Shown here piece by piece: positions 23,586-35,570 of a stretch of DNA of 64,000 nucleotides. The translations under genes were made by a program, and so were the position numbers. The notes under the pieces are model-generated. The model was not told where the DNA came from. It saw nothing but the letters and a program-made list of their open reading frames with translations, and searched no databases. The stretch's first letter is position 1, and every line of letters begins with the position of its first letter. The stretch is from Macrostomum hystrix. Its lineage: Eukaryota; Animalia; Platyhelminthes. Location of the stretch: contig CATNEN010000038.1 of the NCBI GenBank assembly GCA_950097015.1, positions 9,610,001 to 9,674,000 of the forward strand, given 5' to 3'.

Positions 23586-24323
23586 ATGGGATTTCGAGGT
23601 GGAGGTGGTGGCCGTGGCGGCGGTGGCGGCTTTCGCGGCGGTCGAGGAGGCGGTGGCGGCTTTCGCGGCGGTGGTCGAGGCGGCTTCCGTGGCGGCCGAG
23701 GTGGAGGCGGCGGCGGCGGCGGTCGCTACGAGGACCAGGGCCCACCGGAGAGTGTCGATGAAGTTGGCGTCTACATGCAGCCGTGCGTGGAAGACATGGT
23801 CTGCAAGCTGACACACGAGAAGATTCCCTACTTCAATGCGCCCATCTTTCTAGAGAATAAGGAGCAGATTGGCAAAGTGGACGAGATCTTCGGCCCCATC
23901 AAGGACGCGTACTTCTCTGTGAAAATGGCACCCGGCGTCAAGTGCCAGTCTCTAGCTAAGGACACCAAAGTGTTTATTGATTCGATGAAGCTGCTACCAT
24001 TGTCCAGGTTCCTGCCGCAGCCGCGCGGCGCCCCCAGAGGCGGTCGCGGTGGACGTGGCGGCGGCGACAGAGGCCGCGGTGGAGGCTTCGATCGCGGTCG
24101 AGGCCGCGGAGGCTTTGATCGTGGCCGCGGCGGCCGGGGCGGCTTTGACCGCGGCGGACGCGGCGGTGGCGGCTTCGATCGCGGACGCGGCGGCCGGGGC
24201 GGCTTTGACCGTGGCGGACGCGGCGGTGGTGGCTTCGATCGCGGACGTGGCGGCCGCGGCGGCGGCTTTAGTGACCGTCGGCACAGCGAGGGCCCGCAGG
24301 CGAAACGGCCTAAGTTCGAATGA
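23586..24323 (+). CDS. GAR1: H/ACA ribonucleoprotein complex subunit 1 (GAR1), 245 aa, intronless CDS
   Basis: RGG-rich N- and C-termini flank the conserved core [27 protein letters not shown]...[10 protein letters not shown]. Confidence 0.97.
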   Translation: MGFRGGGGGRGGGGGFRGGRGGGGGFRGGGRGGFRGGRGGGGGGGGRYEDQGPPESVDEVGVYMQPCVEDMVCKLTHEKIPYFNAPIFLENKEQIGKVDEIFGPIKDAYFSVKMAPGVKCQSLAKDTKVFIDSMKLLPLSRFLPQPRGAPRGGRGGRGGGDRGRGGGFDRGRGRGGFDRGRGGRGGFDRGGRGGGGFDRGRGGRGGFDRGGRGGGGFDRGRGGRGGGFSDRRHSEGPQAKRPKFE

Positions 24324-24884
24324 AGGCCTGTTGGTCATTGACCATGCCAACAGTTGCTCGGAGACTGTGTACAGATGGCTGACTTCATTTTTGGGCATTT
24401 CTTATCATAATTTGTTGTTAATTGCTGATAATGATTTAGTCTGTGGAGTCCTGAATTCCCGGTTTGTTAAATTCCGTTTAAATAAACTTACCGGGTGCTG
24501 CACAAGCTCAAATAGCTTCGCGTAACTGATTGTCAGCTGTTCCAATCGTCCATCTCCTTTGAACTTGCTAGTGCAATTTTAGCTTTTAATAAAATATGAA
24601 TTTGCAAACGGACGACTAATCATTGATCTGCGAGTCATTGACATCTTGGTCTTCTGAGTCTTTATTTGACATTTTTAATGAAATTATCTAGTCACAATTA
24701 AGCAGTTAAGTAGCAGAACGGTAGCGCGTTGAACTCTCGCACCAAGGTGCCTAAACTCGAATCCGCGTTGAGGCTACATTAATTGTGGGGCGCCGTTGCT
24801 AGAGAAGCCTTAGATGGATTTTTATCCATCTAGGCCAGGTATCGGCAAACTCCGGCCCGTTGCCCCTTCCAACACCTATAGTAT

Positions 24885-25100
24885 CCTGTCTCATCTCTCC
24901 CGTGTCTCATCTTTCCCGTGTGTTATCTCTCCCGTGTCTCATCTTTCCCGTGTGTTATCTCTCCCGTGTCTCATGTCTCCTCTGTCTAATCTCTCCCGTG
25001 TCTCATCTCTCGCGTGTCTCATCTCTCGCGTGTCTCATCTCTCGCGTGTCTCATCTCTCCCGTGTCTCATCTATTCCGTATCTCATCTCTCACCTACCTC
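24885..25100 (+). repeat. 16-bp minisatellite CCGTGTCTCATCTCTC, preceded by a SINE A head relic (about 24710-24815)
   Basis: About 12 direct tandem units. Confidence 0.85.
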
Positions 25101-25435
25101 ATATTTCTGTATGATTGTTGGCAACATGTTTGCACGCGCTATGTACGTTTGCATGCTGTGCAATGATGTACATTAATCGTTAAAATATAAGCGAGTGAGT
25201 TGACGCCTTAAGTGGCGAGAATTTGGTCTACGCTACAATCTCGTTTTCGGCGGCTTACACTTCTATAGTCAAAGCGGCCCGCTGTCGTCTTTTAGATTCT
25301 GTCTTCTGTCAAACGTGTCAACCGCTCTGCAACCTGCCACTCAGCCCCCAGACCCAAGCAAATATTGTATTCTTGGTTATATATGCGCTATATTCACGCT
25401 AATCGATAATCAACACTTCTGGTGACTTCCAGCGC

Positions 25436-27211
25436 ATGAGCTCCGCGCTGAGCAGTGCCGGCGGTAGCGTTGGCGGCCTTTCTAGGCAGTCGCCGCAGCT
25501 GCCAATGGATTGCGAGGCCGAGCCGGAGCCCGGCAACTCGCGGCCCGTCCTGCCGGCGCCGTCGCTGAGCCATCGCCTCCTGACGGATTTGGGCATCAGC
25601 CCGGCCTCCTTGCAGCCAATGAAGACGGAGCTGTTCTACTGCTGCGATGCCTCTGACTCCGGCTGCCGGCTGCAATTGTCGCCTCCGCTGGCGCCGAACT
25701 TCAGCAGTCGGTTTGGAGGCAGTAAATTCGCTCTGGTGACTCCCCAGTACCTCAAAAGTTCAGCGTCTCTAACAGGTGAAGGCGTTCAGTTACGCGTGAC
25801 AAGACCGGCTGTGTGTATCAGGATGAGGCAGTCCAGACCAACTGGCCAGATGGGCTGATTCAGTTTAGCTCGTTACTTATAGTTAGACATATACTACACC
25901 CAGCCTATTCGGGCCAAATAAACCGATAAATGTTTAGTCCCACTGAAGCATGATTCCCATTTTACAGCTGAGTGAGGAAAACAGTCGGGAATTAAGTGCC
26001 TTACTGGAGGATTTTAGTTGTCTTCATTGCTCTGCGATTCGAACTCTCGACCTCTAGCCAGCTAGGCTGCTAGCTCCAAGCATGCTGAAAATTCTTGAAA
26101 GACGATGTCTTCTGTAGCAGGACCGCTGCCTGTTGGTTGTTGTAGCAGTACTATTAACTATTGAGTAGGTCGAAATCCTCCTTCGGTAAAGTTTTTTTCA
26201 ATAAACATTGTATTGTGTCCTTTAAACCCAATGCTTCGTTTTAGTAACTTTGCTTAATCGCTAAGAAAAATTCATTATTTTTTTTAATTTACGATTAAAA
26301 TGCTATTAACCCTACTGGCAAAGTAGCTGACCCAATCTGGTACACTAAAATTCTTATTTAATAGCTTGTACACAATCATGAATGCACCTAGATTTTCTTT
26401 TTTATATATATGCTTGTTTTCTGTGATTTGCCTTTTTTATTTTCTTTTTATGCGTGAAAAAAAGTTACAAATTTAAGGTTACCAGTAACTGGTGAGATTA
26501 ACTCATTACTGTGATTAGTTTTAAACAAATAAAATTGGAACTTCTTTTCAAATATCCAATCTAAGATAGTATATTGATTGTCTATAAAGCTTTTTAATAA
26601 AATGTCTACATTTTTTCTAAAGTATATTATTTCTTTTTTATTAAAGCAAATCGAAATTGAAGCAGAGTGAGAGGCAGCATGCCGGAAGGGTTCAGGGTGA
26701 GAGGCAGGGATGGTACAGGGTGAGAGGCAGGGATGGTACAGGGTGAGAGGCAGGGATGGTACAGGGTGAGAGGCAGGGATGGTACAGGGTGAGAGGCAGG
26801 GTGGCTACAGGGTGAGAGGCAGGGAGGATGCAGGGTGAGAGGCAGGAAGAAAGCTGCCCCTCATCGACCTGCTTCGCTGTTAATCGGCTGAGTTGAGCAG
26901 CGCACTTAGCCATGATAATTCTGCTATTGAATTGTTCGCTGATTGAGGCATCTGAGTGCCAGCCAGCTGAGGCGGCGGTTTTCATTGACGCGGCTCGCCC
27001 ATGCAGTGCTGATTGCTCCACTGAGCTGGGATTAGGCGTGCCGAATTTCAATGCATTGCTTGAAATTTCCTTATGCTCATCTGAACACATCCCCATAACC
27101 ATAAAGCCTAGTTATAGCATGCCTTATCAGGCCAGTGTTGCTAAGCTGAATCGTAGATGTACTGTGCTCCGCATCCTCCATTGTGTTAGGGACTTAGATT
27201 ATAGCTCGTAA
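25436..27211 (+). CDS. Putative two-exon protein (about 213 aa), C-terminus reminiscent of a PIH1/CS domain; exons 25436-25775 and 26910 (or 26901)-27211
   Basis: GC-rich ORFs in AT-rich surroundings; donor ACAG|gtgaag and both candidate acceptors are phase 1; C-terminal AKLNRRCTVLRI resembles the AKFxKxxxxLxI end of PIH1-family CS domains. Weak. Confidence 0.4.
26692..26850 (+). repeat. 23-bp minisatellite CAGGGTGAGAGGCAGGGATGGTA
   Basis: About 7 tandem units. Confidence 0.9.
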
Positions 27212-27639
27212 ATATTCACATTGGGAGAACCCGCTACAAAATCATGATAAATTCAATATCTAGTTGTGTACAAACCAATGGAAGCAAATGCTAATTTTTT
27301 AGCAGAATTGCTACGACAAGAGACAGAGATTAATGTTCAGTTCATGGTCAGGGATTTTTATCAGAGTTGATGAATTAGTAAACAAAACGGTTTACTATGG
27401 TTTGAGCATTGCACTCTTAGCTCAGTGATCAGGCTAAGATATGAAAATATTCATTCCGTGGAATTGTTTGAGCACCCGAGCTTGTGCGATAAGCTGGGGC
27501 TCAACCGGATGGAAATCAAAGGCGGGCTTGTAAATTTGTGCACACTGCTAGCTCAAATTGGCATACCCTGTTTGCTGGTCCCTGACTCACTGCTACTGGA
27601 TCTCGTATAGTCTATAAAGTCTCACTGGCCAAAGTAAGC

Positions 27640-27976
27640 CTGAATCTCTCATCGAGATCATCCTGAATCTCACACCAAGATCTTCCTGAATCTCACACCA
27701 AGATCTTCCTGAATCTCACGCAAAGATCATCCTGAATCTCACACCAAGATCATCCTGAATATCACACCAAGATCATCCTGAATCTCACACCAAGATCTTC
27801 CTGAATCTCACGCAAAGATCATCCTGAATCTCACACCAAGATCATCCTGAATCTCACACCAAAATCATCCTGAATCTCACACCAAGATCTTCCTGAATCT
27901 CACACCAAGATCATCCTGAATCTCACACCAAGATCTTCCTGAATCTCACACCTAGATCATCCTGAATCTCACACCA
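27640..27976 (+). repeat. 23-bp minisatellite CCTGAATCTCACACCAAGATCWT
   Basis: About 14 tandem units. Confidence 0.92.
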
Positions 27977-28464
27977 ATAGCTTTTAGGGTGGGTGGATGA
28001 ACGCAGTTTATGAACGCTTCAATGTCAGAGCTCCAAAAATAGACCTTAAGGGGTGGATGCCAAATTTAGCCCTTTCGCTGCTGGCTCTGTGCTGCTTAGT
28101 TCGGATTCAAAGAAACCCCCAACGTGCGACTCGCTGTTTTATAGAAATCCGATTTTACACCCTCAGATTTTAAGGGGCCTAATGTTTGTGTAGCGAAGCC
28201 AGACAGCAGAAGGCGTCACATTCCAATGCTAAATAACAGAGAGGCAGACAATTTTGGATTAGTCTGACGGCATGCGGCAAACCTGACCTGATCAATATTT
28301 CATCGCTTTTTTCTCGAATTTTTTTCTTAGCGCGTGTTCGGTTAAACATCTAGTTGCCATGTTCCGTAAATGATATCAGTAAATAATTATTTTATTGGCG
28401 GAGTCAAAATACAGCAATCCACAGGACTGCGAATTTATGGAAAACTAGATGATGGCGGCTTATC

Positions 28465-28925
28465 AAAGGAACTGAGGTAGATGGTGCGGCACGTCAAAGG
28501 AATTGTGACGTAGATAGTGCGGCACATCAAAGGAATTGGGAGGTGGATAGTGCGGCACGTCAAAGGAATTGTTAGGTAGATAGTGCGGCACATCAAATGA
28601 ATTGTGAGGTAGATAGTGCGGCACATCAAAGGAATTGGGAGGTGGATAGTGCGGCACGTCAAAGGAATTGTTAGGTAGATAGTGCGGCACATCAAAGGAA
28701 TTGGGAGGTGGATAGTGCGGCACGTCAAAGGAATTGTTAGGTAGATAGTGCGGCACATCAAATGAATTGTGAGGTAGATAGTGCGGCACATCAAAGGAAT
28801 TGGGAGGTGGATAGTGCGGCACGTCAAAGGAATTGTTAGGTAGATAGTACGCCAAATCAAAGGAATTGTGAGGTAGATAGTGCGGCACATCAAAGGAATT
28901 GGGAGGTGGATAGTGCGGCACGTCA
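28465..28925 (+). repeat. 33-bp minisatellite CAAAGGAATTG..AGGT.GATAGTGCGGCAC.T
   Basis: About 14 tandem units; explains the 11-aa periodic ORFs. Confidence 0.92.
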
Positions 28926-29644
28926 GCGCCTTAATTCCTTAGCGCTTATGGGAAAAATAAGACCTTCGGCCAGAATCATTGAATATCTCGACGGTCTGGA
29001 GAGTTGGCGGATCATTTCACCTGAAATGATTGTTCCAGAATATGCGCAAAAAAGTTGGCCCGTGGCCCGTGTACTGCTTCCAATCAAAAGCTGTCACCAT
29101 TTAAATCTGAAAAAATCCTATCTCTTTAGCGCATTTTTCGCAGAAACCAGCTATAGCTTTACACTTTTTCTAAGAAACGTTGTTTCCCCTCCTCTAGTGG
29201 TCCTCATGGCTTGGTATCGTAGCCCCTCACAACTGACATTGTGGCATTGGTGGCATGACGGCCAAAACGATTGCAATATTAATTGCGGATGCGAAGTGGT
29301 TGCCTCTCACCTGCTTGAAGCGAATTTAATAACTAAGGCATCAGTGCGTGTGGCGTTAATTTCCTCATTCCACCTCGCATCCTCATGCAGGTGCGAAATC
29401 TACCTGTGCTCACTGTATTGCAGCAGAAACTTATAAAGAAATTCAGGTGCATGCTGTCTAGCTGTCTTTGGCAGTCTATTTAATATGATGCAAAATGGAT
29501 TTAAAGTATATTAGCGGGACATTAGAGACCAATAAAAATAAATGGCTAGGAGATGCTGTGCGACGGCTCGTCAAAAGGATGACGCTCTAGTGATGGCCTG
29601 TCAAAATAATTCAGAAGGTTTTTCGATTGGCCAATCAGGCGGCG

Positions 29645-30050
29645 TAGCGGCTCATCAAAGGGTTTGTGGGATATTGGCGGCTAATTAAAGGGTGCGACTG
29701 ATAGTGGCGGCTCATCAAAGGGCTAGTGAGGCGGTGCTGCGGCTCATCAAAGGGATAGTGAGGCGGTGCTGCGGCTCATCAAAGGGCTAGTGAGGCGGTG
29801 TGGCGGCTCATCAAAGGGCTAGTGAGGCGGTGTGGCGGCTCATCAAAGGGCTAGTGAGGCGGTGTGGCGGCTCATCAAAGGGCTAGTGAGGCGGTGCTGC
29901 GGCTCATCAAAGGGCTAGTGAGGCGGTGTGGCGGCTCATCAAACAATTTGAAGGGATAACGGCGGCTAATCAAAAGGTTTGACTGATAGTGGCGGCTCAT
30001 CAAAATGGTTTTCAGGATAGTGGCGGCCAATTAAAGGGCTAGTGGGGTAG
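29645..30050 (+). repeat. 32/33-bp minisatellite GCGGCTCATCAAAGGGCTAGTGAGGCGGTGTG
   Basis: Homogeneous centre with degenerate flanking units. Confidence 0.9.
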
Positions 30051-30536
30051 TGTTGGAAAATCAAAGTTATTGTTTAAAAATCGTACGTACTCGCATTATC
30101 TCATCTCAGTTAAGCTGACGAATTCAGCTATCTATAGATCTCACTTTCACCAGCTCTTAAAAGTGCATTGAAATGAATAAAAGATTTACAACTCAGAAAA
30201 GTTGCTAAGAATTTCGCGCAGCCATCTGGTTAGCAACTGAAAGTTTTATTTTGTTCCGTCGGGGCTGCCAAGCATGTTGGATAGGTGAAATAAATCTGGG
30301 TTTGTTTCTGCGCACCTGTCACTCAGCGCTGGCCCAGTGGGAATTCCAGCACCTGAGCCGGTGCTAAATATTAAGGTTTCTTTACAATGTCTCTCAGCGT
30401 GCGGAGAATTTCACTGGAGAATTTCTAACTTGGGAAAATTTTAGAGCTGAACTAGGCTAATTAAGATAGAATTAGAGTCTTGGAGAATATAAGGGCCAAC
30501 AATGCCACCCGCCGTGAGCTGGCGAGCCGTGAAACT

Positions 30537-32785
30537 TCAGCGCCTGTCATAAAAGCGCATCGATCTCTTGCCGAATCTGAAAGAAGAAGGATAAAAGCAG
30601 AAAGTTTGAGTAACTTTAAAGCAATCAATTTATATACAGATGCTTCATTAACTTCAGGAAGGGATTCACAAATTAAAGTAAGTGATTCACCAATTCAAGT
30701 AAGTGGTTCACCAATTCAAGCAAGTGATTCACCAGTTCAAGCAAGTGATTCACCGATTGAAGGAGAAGATTCACCTATCCAATGAGAAGATTGCCAATGT
30801 GAAGATTCACCAATTCAAGAAGAAGATTCACCAATCCAATGAGAAGATTCACCAATTCAAGAAGAAGATTCACCAATTCAATGTGAAGATTCACCAATCC
30901 AATGTGAAGATTCACCAATGCAATGTGGAAGATTCACCAATCCAATGAGAAGATTCACCAATTCAAGAAGAAGATTCACCAATCCAATGTGAAGATTCAC
31001 CAATCCAATGTGAAGATTCACCAATGCAATGTGGAAGATTCACCAATCCAATGAGAAGATTCACCAATTCAAGAAGAAGATTCACCAATCCAATGTGAAG
31101 ATTCACCAATTCAATGTGAAGATTCACCAATCCAATGTGAAGATTCACCAATTCAATGTGAAGATTCACCAATCCAATGTGAAGATTCACCAATCCAAGA
31201 AGAAGACTTTCTTAAAGGAGGATTAAAGCTAATATCGGTAGCGCATTGTTAGATGAATAAGAAGAGATTACCCGACTGGGGAAGTAAATTTCGATAAGCT
31301 TTCTGCGTCTTCCCCTTAATGGGATCAAATCCCTAGTGGGTTGGGTGGAGCGCCTGCGCTTATTAAAAGTTTCACAGAGCGGCTCTGATGATTATTATCG
31401 AAAAAGTTGCTCCACTGTTGATGAACGAGAGGCGCAGTCCCCCGGTTAGGCATGGACGCTGGCATCGTCAATTTATTTTTTAATGAAAAATGCGACGCGC
31501 TGCCTATTGACTTTGATTTCGTCGCGAGGTCAGGTTTTTTTCGTAATGGGATTGACTTGAAGTCACGACCTGTGCGTGCTTTGTTTGCTGATTCATGAAT
31601 AGTTTCGCTTATAGTTTTGAACATTTTTATAGAGTCTAGAGATCGAGATGTGAAGTTTGATGTTTAAGACTGGTGTAAGCGGAGAGACGGTGAGAAGAAG
31701 ATAGAAGAAGCTTGAGAGAGGGCAGAAAGGGCAGAGGAACTAGAACCAAAGGCAGAAGATTAAGTGTACATCGGAAAAGAGAGCAGAGAGGAGAGAGGAA
31801 AGAGAGACTGGATAGGAAGGAGAGGAGAGGGGAGAGGATGGAGAGGAGAGGGGAGAGAAAGGAGAGGAGAGGGGAGAGAAAGGAGAGGATGGAGAGGAAG
31901 GAGAGGATGGAGAGGAAGGAGAGGAGAGAGGAGAGGGGAGAGAAAGGAGAAGATGGAGAGAAAGGAGAGGATGGAGAGGAAGGAGAGGAGAGAGGAGAGG
32001 GGAGAGAAAGGAGAGGATGGAGAGAAAGGAGAGGATGGAGAGGAAGGAGAGGAGAGAGGAGAGGAAGGAGAGGAGATGATGGAGAGGAGAGGGAAGAGGA
32101 AGGAGAGGATAGGGAAGAGGAAGGAGAGAGAGGGAAGGGGAGAGGATGGAGAGGAAGGAGAGGAGAGAGGAGAGGAAGGAGGGGAGAGGGGAGAGGATGG
32201 AGAGGAGAGGGGAGAGGAAGGAGAGGAGAGGATGAAGAGGAGAGGGAAGAGGAAGAAGAAGATAGGGAAGAGGAAGGAGGGGAGAGGATGGAGAGGAGAT
32301 GGAATAGGAAGGAGAGAGAGGAAATAGGAAGGAGAGAGGAAATAGGAAGGAGAGAGGGAATATGATTAGAGGCTTGTTATGCAATTAACGCCAAAGAGGA
32401 CCACCCCAAGGCACAATGAGAGTGTACACTGCCTGACGATGCCAAAGTCAGTCGCAGGTGTACACACCTGCAGTGTGAGTGTGTGCCTGCGTACAGTATC
32501 AGTGACCTCAACGGGTCATCAAAACATGCGCCAGTTTGCTCACCTGGGCCGGCTAACCATGGCGTAGTACACCTGCAGCCTGTCCAGGTAGTCTTTCAGA
32601 GCCGCCTCGGTGGCAAAGTCACCGCCGACGTCCGCTTTGGTGTCAGCCGAAGCCGAAGCCTCTGCCGCAGCCGCCGCCTGCACAAGGTCGGCCACTGATG
32701 GCCGCGGCACGCCCGATGCAGGCGGTGTCGCCAGCAGGTAGGCGGCCGCAATGACCACCGCGACAATGAGAGATACCGACTGCAT
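30537..32785 (-). CDS. NPF: Neuropeptide F/Y-family precursor; exons 32785-32544 and 30576-30537
   Basis: Signal peptide; ...LKDYLDRLQVYYAMVSRP-AG|gtgag joins tctttcag|A TTC GGC AAG AGA to give RPRF-GKR (amidation and cleavage signal), then SMRFYDRR*. A phase-2 intron inside the Arg codon of RxRF is the conserved NPY/NPF gene structure. Confidence 0.93.
30660..31205 (+). repeat. 21-bp minisatellite GAAGATTCACCAATCCAATGT in the NPF intron
   Basis: About 25 tandem units. Confidence 0.92.
31680..32360 (+). repeat. GA-rich polypurine low-complexity tract in the NPF intron
   Basis: Almost exclusively G/A over about 650 bp. Confidence 0.92.
32400..32505 (+). mobile_element. SINE family A internal fragment
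   Basis: ccccaaggcacaatgagagtgtacactgcctgacgatg...gtgtgcctgcgtacagtatc. Confidence 0.75.
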
Positions 32786-33239
32786 GATGCTCCAACTGTT
32801 GATTGCTGCTGCTGCTGCTGCTGCTGCTGATGCTGATGCTGCGAGTGGATTTCTCTCGCCTGTGCGTGAACTGAAGTGAAGTAAATTGTGCGGCGCGTTT
32901 TGCGGCTCGGGTTAAATCGATCTGATGGGCGATTCTGGTTGGCTGATGGCCAAATTTAGGCTTCAGTTTCATCCAGTCTGCCTGATTGGCTGCAGTTGCT
33001 GCATTTGAGTTGGGAATCTACAGTGCAAATAAAATTGACTAACAGTTGCTAATGAAGCGATTGGCAGTTAGTGTCATATTTGTATTTTTTCAGGTGATAA
33101 TTCACAACACGCTTTTAGTTTTTTTGAGTGATAAATAAATGTAACAAAATGTGTTTATTTTAGAACTGGTTTTAAACTGTTACAGCTAGGTAGGGTAGGT
33201 AGCGAGGCAAAGCTCATTGCCATCAAGTGAGACAATGAC

Positions 33240-33965
33240 GTTTCAGGTGAGGCTGTAAGGTTTCAGGTGACGCCCTGAGGCTTCAGGGGAGGCACTGAGG
33301 CTTCAGGTAAGGCAGTGAGGCTTCAGTTTAGGCAGCGAGACTTCAGGTGAGGCACTGAGGCTTCAGGTGAGGCACTGAGGCTTCAGGTGAGGCACTGAGG
33401 TTTCAGGTGAGGCAGTGAGGTTTCAGGTGAGGCAGTGAGGCTTCAGGTGAGGCAGTGAGGTTTAAGGTGAGGCAGTGAGGCTTCAGGTGAGGCAATGAGG
33501 CAGTGAGGCTTCAGGTAAGGCACTGAGGCTTAAGGTAAGGCAGTGAGGTTTCAGTTGAGGCAGTGAGGCTTTAGTTGGGGTAATGAGGCTTCAGGTGAGG
33601 CAGTGAGGCTTCAGGTGAGGCCGTGAGGTTTCAGGTGAGGCAGTGAGGCTTCAGGTGAGGCAGTGAGGTTTAAGGTGAGGCAGTGAGGCTTCAGGTGAGG
33701 CAATGAGGCAGTGAGGCTTCAGGTAAGGCACTGAGGCTTAAGGTAAGGCAGTGAGGTTTCAGTTGAGGCAGTGAGGCTTTAGTTGGGGTAATGAGGCTTC
33801 AGGTGAGGCAGTGAGGCTTCAGGTGAGGCCGTGAGGTTTCAGGTGAGGCAGTGAGGTTTCAGGTGAGGCAGTGAGGTTTCAGGTGAGGCAGTGAGGTTTC
33901 AGGTGAGGCAGTGAGGTTTCAGGTGAGGCAGTGAGGTTTCAGTTGAGGCCGTGAGGCTTCAGTTG
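33240..33965 (+). repeat. 20-bp minisatellite CAGGTGAGGCAGTGAGGYTT
   Basis: About 35 units with an internal duplicated block of about 208 bp. Confidence 0.92.
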
Positions 33966-34749
33966 AGCTCGCAAACGAAGCATTGCTACAGTTGTTGGTT
34001 GAGATAATTTTTTCAATAACTTGACGTCTATCACTGAAAAAAGAAGTTAAGAATCGTTAAGAATATAAAGAGGCAGAGAGCAAACACGCCTAGGCCTAAT
34101 TGATTTCGCAGTTTGTTTTTTGAGCAAAGGAAAGAAAAACTTTTTTAATAGAAAAGTTTTTGCGTGTGTTTGAGCGTCAGGAGGGCATTGGGAAAATTGT
34201 CAAATAACTTTTTTTGACGAAATTCGACTTCTCTCCCAAGCGGCTGTTTGCTAATTGCTGCTTGGGGTGCAAACACGCTAGATCGCTAGATCCGGTAGAT
34301 TATGGGGATAAATTAATGCGTGTTTATCCACAGCAGGTGAAAATTAGGTGCGTGTGAATTTTTTTCATTGTCGCTGGTCAGACAATTGCCATAGGAGGCG
34401 TTTTCAACTTGCAGAGTCAACTCAGCCACTGGGAGAGACAGGAAATCCATCAGTGGAGGTCGGGGCTGCTGGTTGCAGCGGAATAAATTGCTTTAGCAAT
34501 CAATTAACTGAGTAGACACTGAAACTTGAGGTGTCCACCCAGATAGTCTTACTGGACTCTCATCCTAGTTTTGAGGTGTCCACTAGAAAGACTTTATAGA
34601 CAGTCGCTTTTATCTCGAGGTGTCAAATAGAAAGACTGATTAGACACACCTTGATTTTGAGGTGTGTGCTCAGAAGTATCATTGCCAAGTACCGGTACCA
34701 TTACCAGTGCCATTGCCCGCAGCCCTCCGGCAATTTTTGTTATTGCTAA

Positions 34750-35245
34750 TCAGCAGAAATGTAAGAAAATTTGAACAAACATTTTATCAGAAATGTCAGC
34801 AAAGATGTCAGCAGAAATGTCATCAGAAATGTCAACAGAAATGTCAGCAGAAATGTCATCAGAAATGTCATCAGAAATGTCATCAGAAATGTCAGCAGAA
34901 ATATCAGCAGAAATGTCAGCAGAAATGTTATCAGAAATGTCAGCAAAGATGTCAGCCGAAATGTCAGCAGAAATGTCAGCAGAAATGTCAGCAGAAATGT
35001 CAGCAAAGATGTCAGCAGAAATGTCAGCAGAAATGTTATCAGAAATGTCAGCAAAGATGTCAGCAGAAATGTCAGCAGAAATGTCAGCAAAGATGTCAGC
35101 AGAAATGTCAGCAGAAATGTTATCAGAAATGTCAGCAAAGATGTCAGCAGAAATGTCAGCAGAAAAGTCAGCAGAAATGTCAGCAGAAATGTCAGCAGAA
35201 ATGTCAGCAGAAATGTCAGCAGAAATGTCAGCAGAAATGTCAGCA
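34750..35245 (+). repeat. 12-bp minisatellite CAGCAGAAATGT
   Basis: About 40 units; source of the spurious periodic ORFs. Confidence 0.93.
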
Positions 35246-35570
35246 GGTAGGACAAAAACATGTTTACTTGGCTCGCAGCTGCTAGCTGAGTCATACTGAA
35301 TTCTATTTTCGAGCTGTTTTCGAGTTGATCTCAACTGTTCATTGAAAAAGATCACAGACTCTGTCTTGTAAATAGCGAGCAGCTTACACAATAGGCTGTG
35401 CTATTGTGCATTGTGTCTGCTGTTTACTGGGCCAATTGCGCGAACAAAAGCAGTCTTTAGACAGACGCACGTGAGGTTAAATATTAATAAGACAATCAAA
35501 TTTTGCCACGCGTCAGAGAGTTCAAAATAAATTTAATTTGTGCATCGTTTGTAAAACTTGCAGCAGCTCA

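Noticed and set aside
28465-30050. CRISPR-like arrays of about 33-bp repeats
   Set aside because: Head-to-tail units without unique spacers, no cas genes, eukaryotic context.
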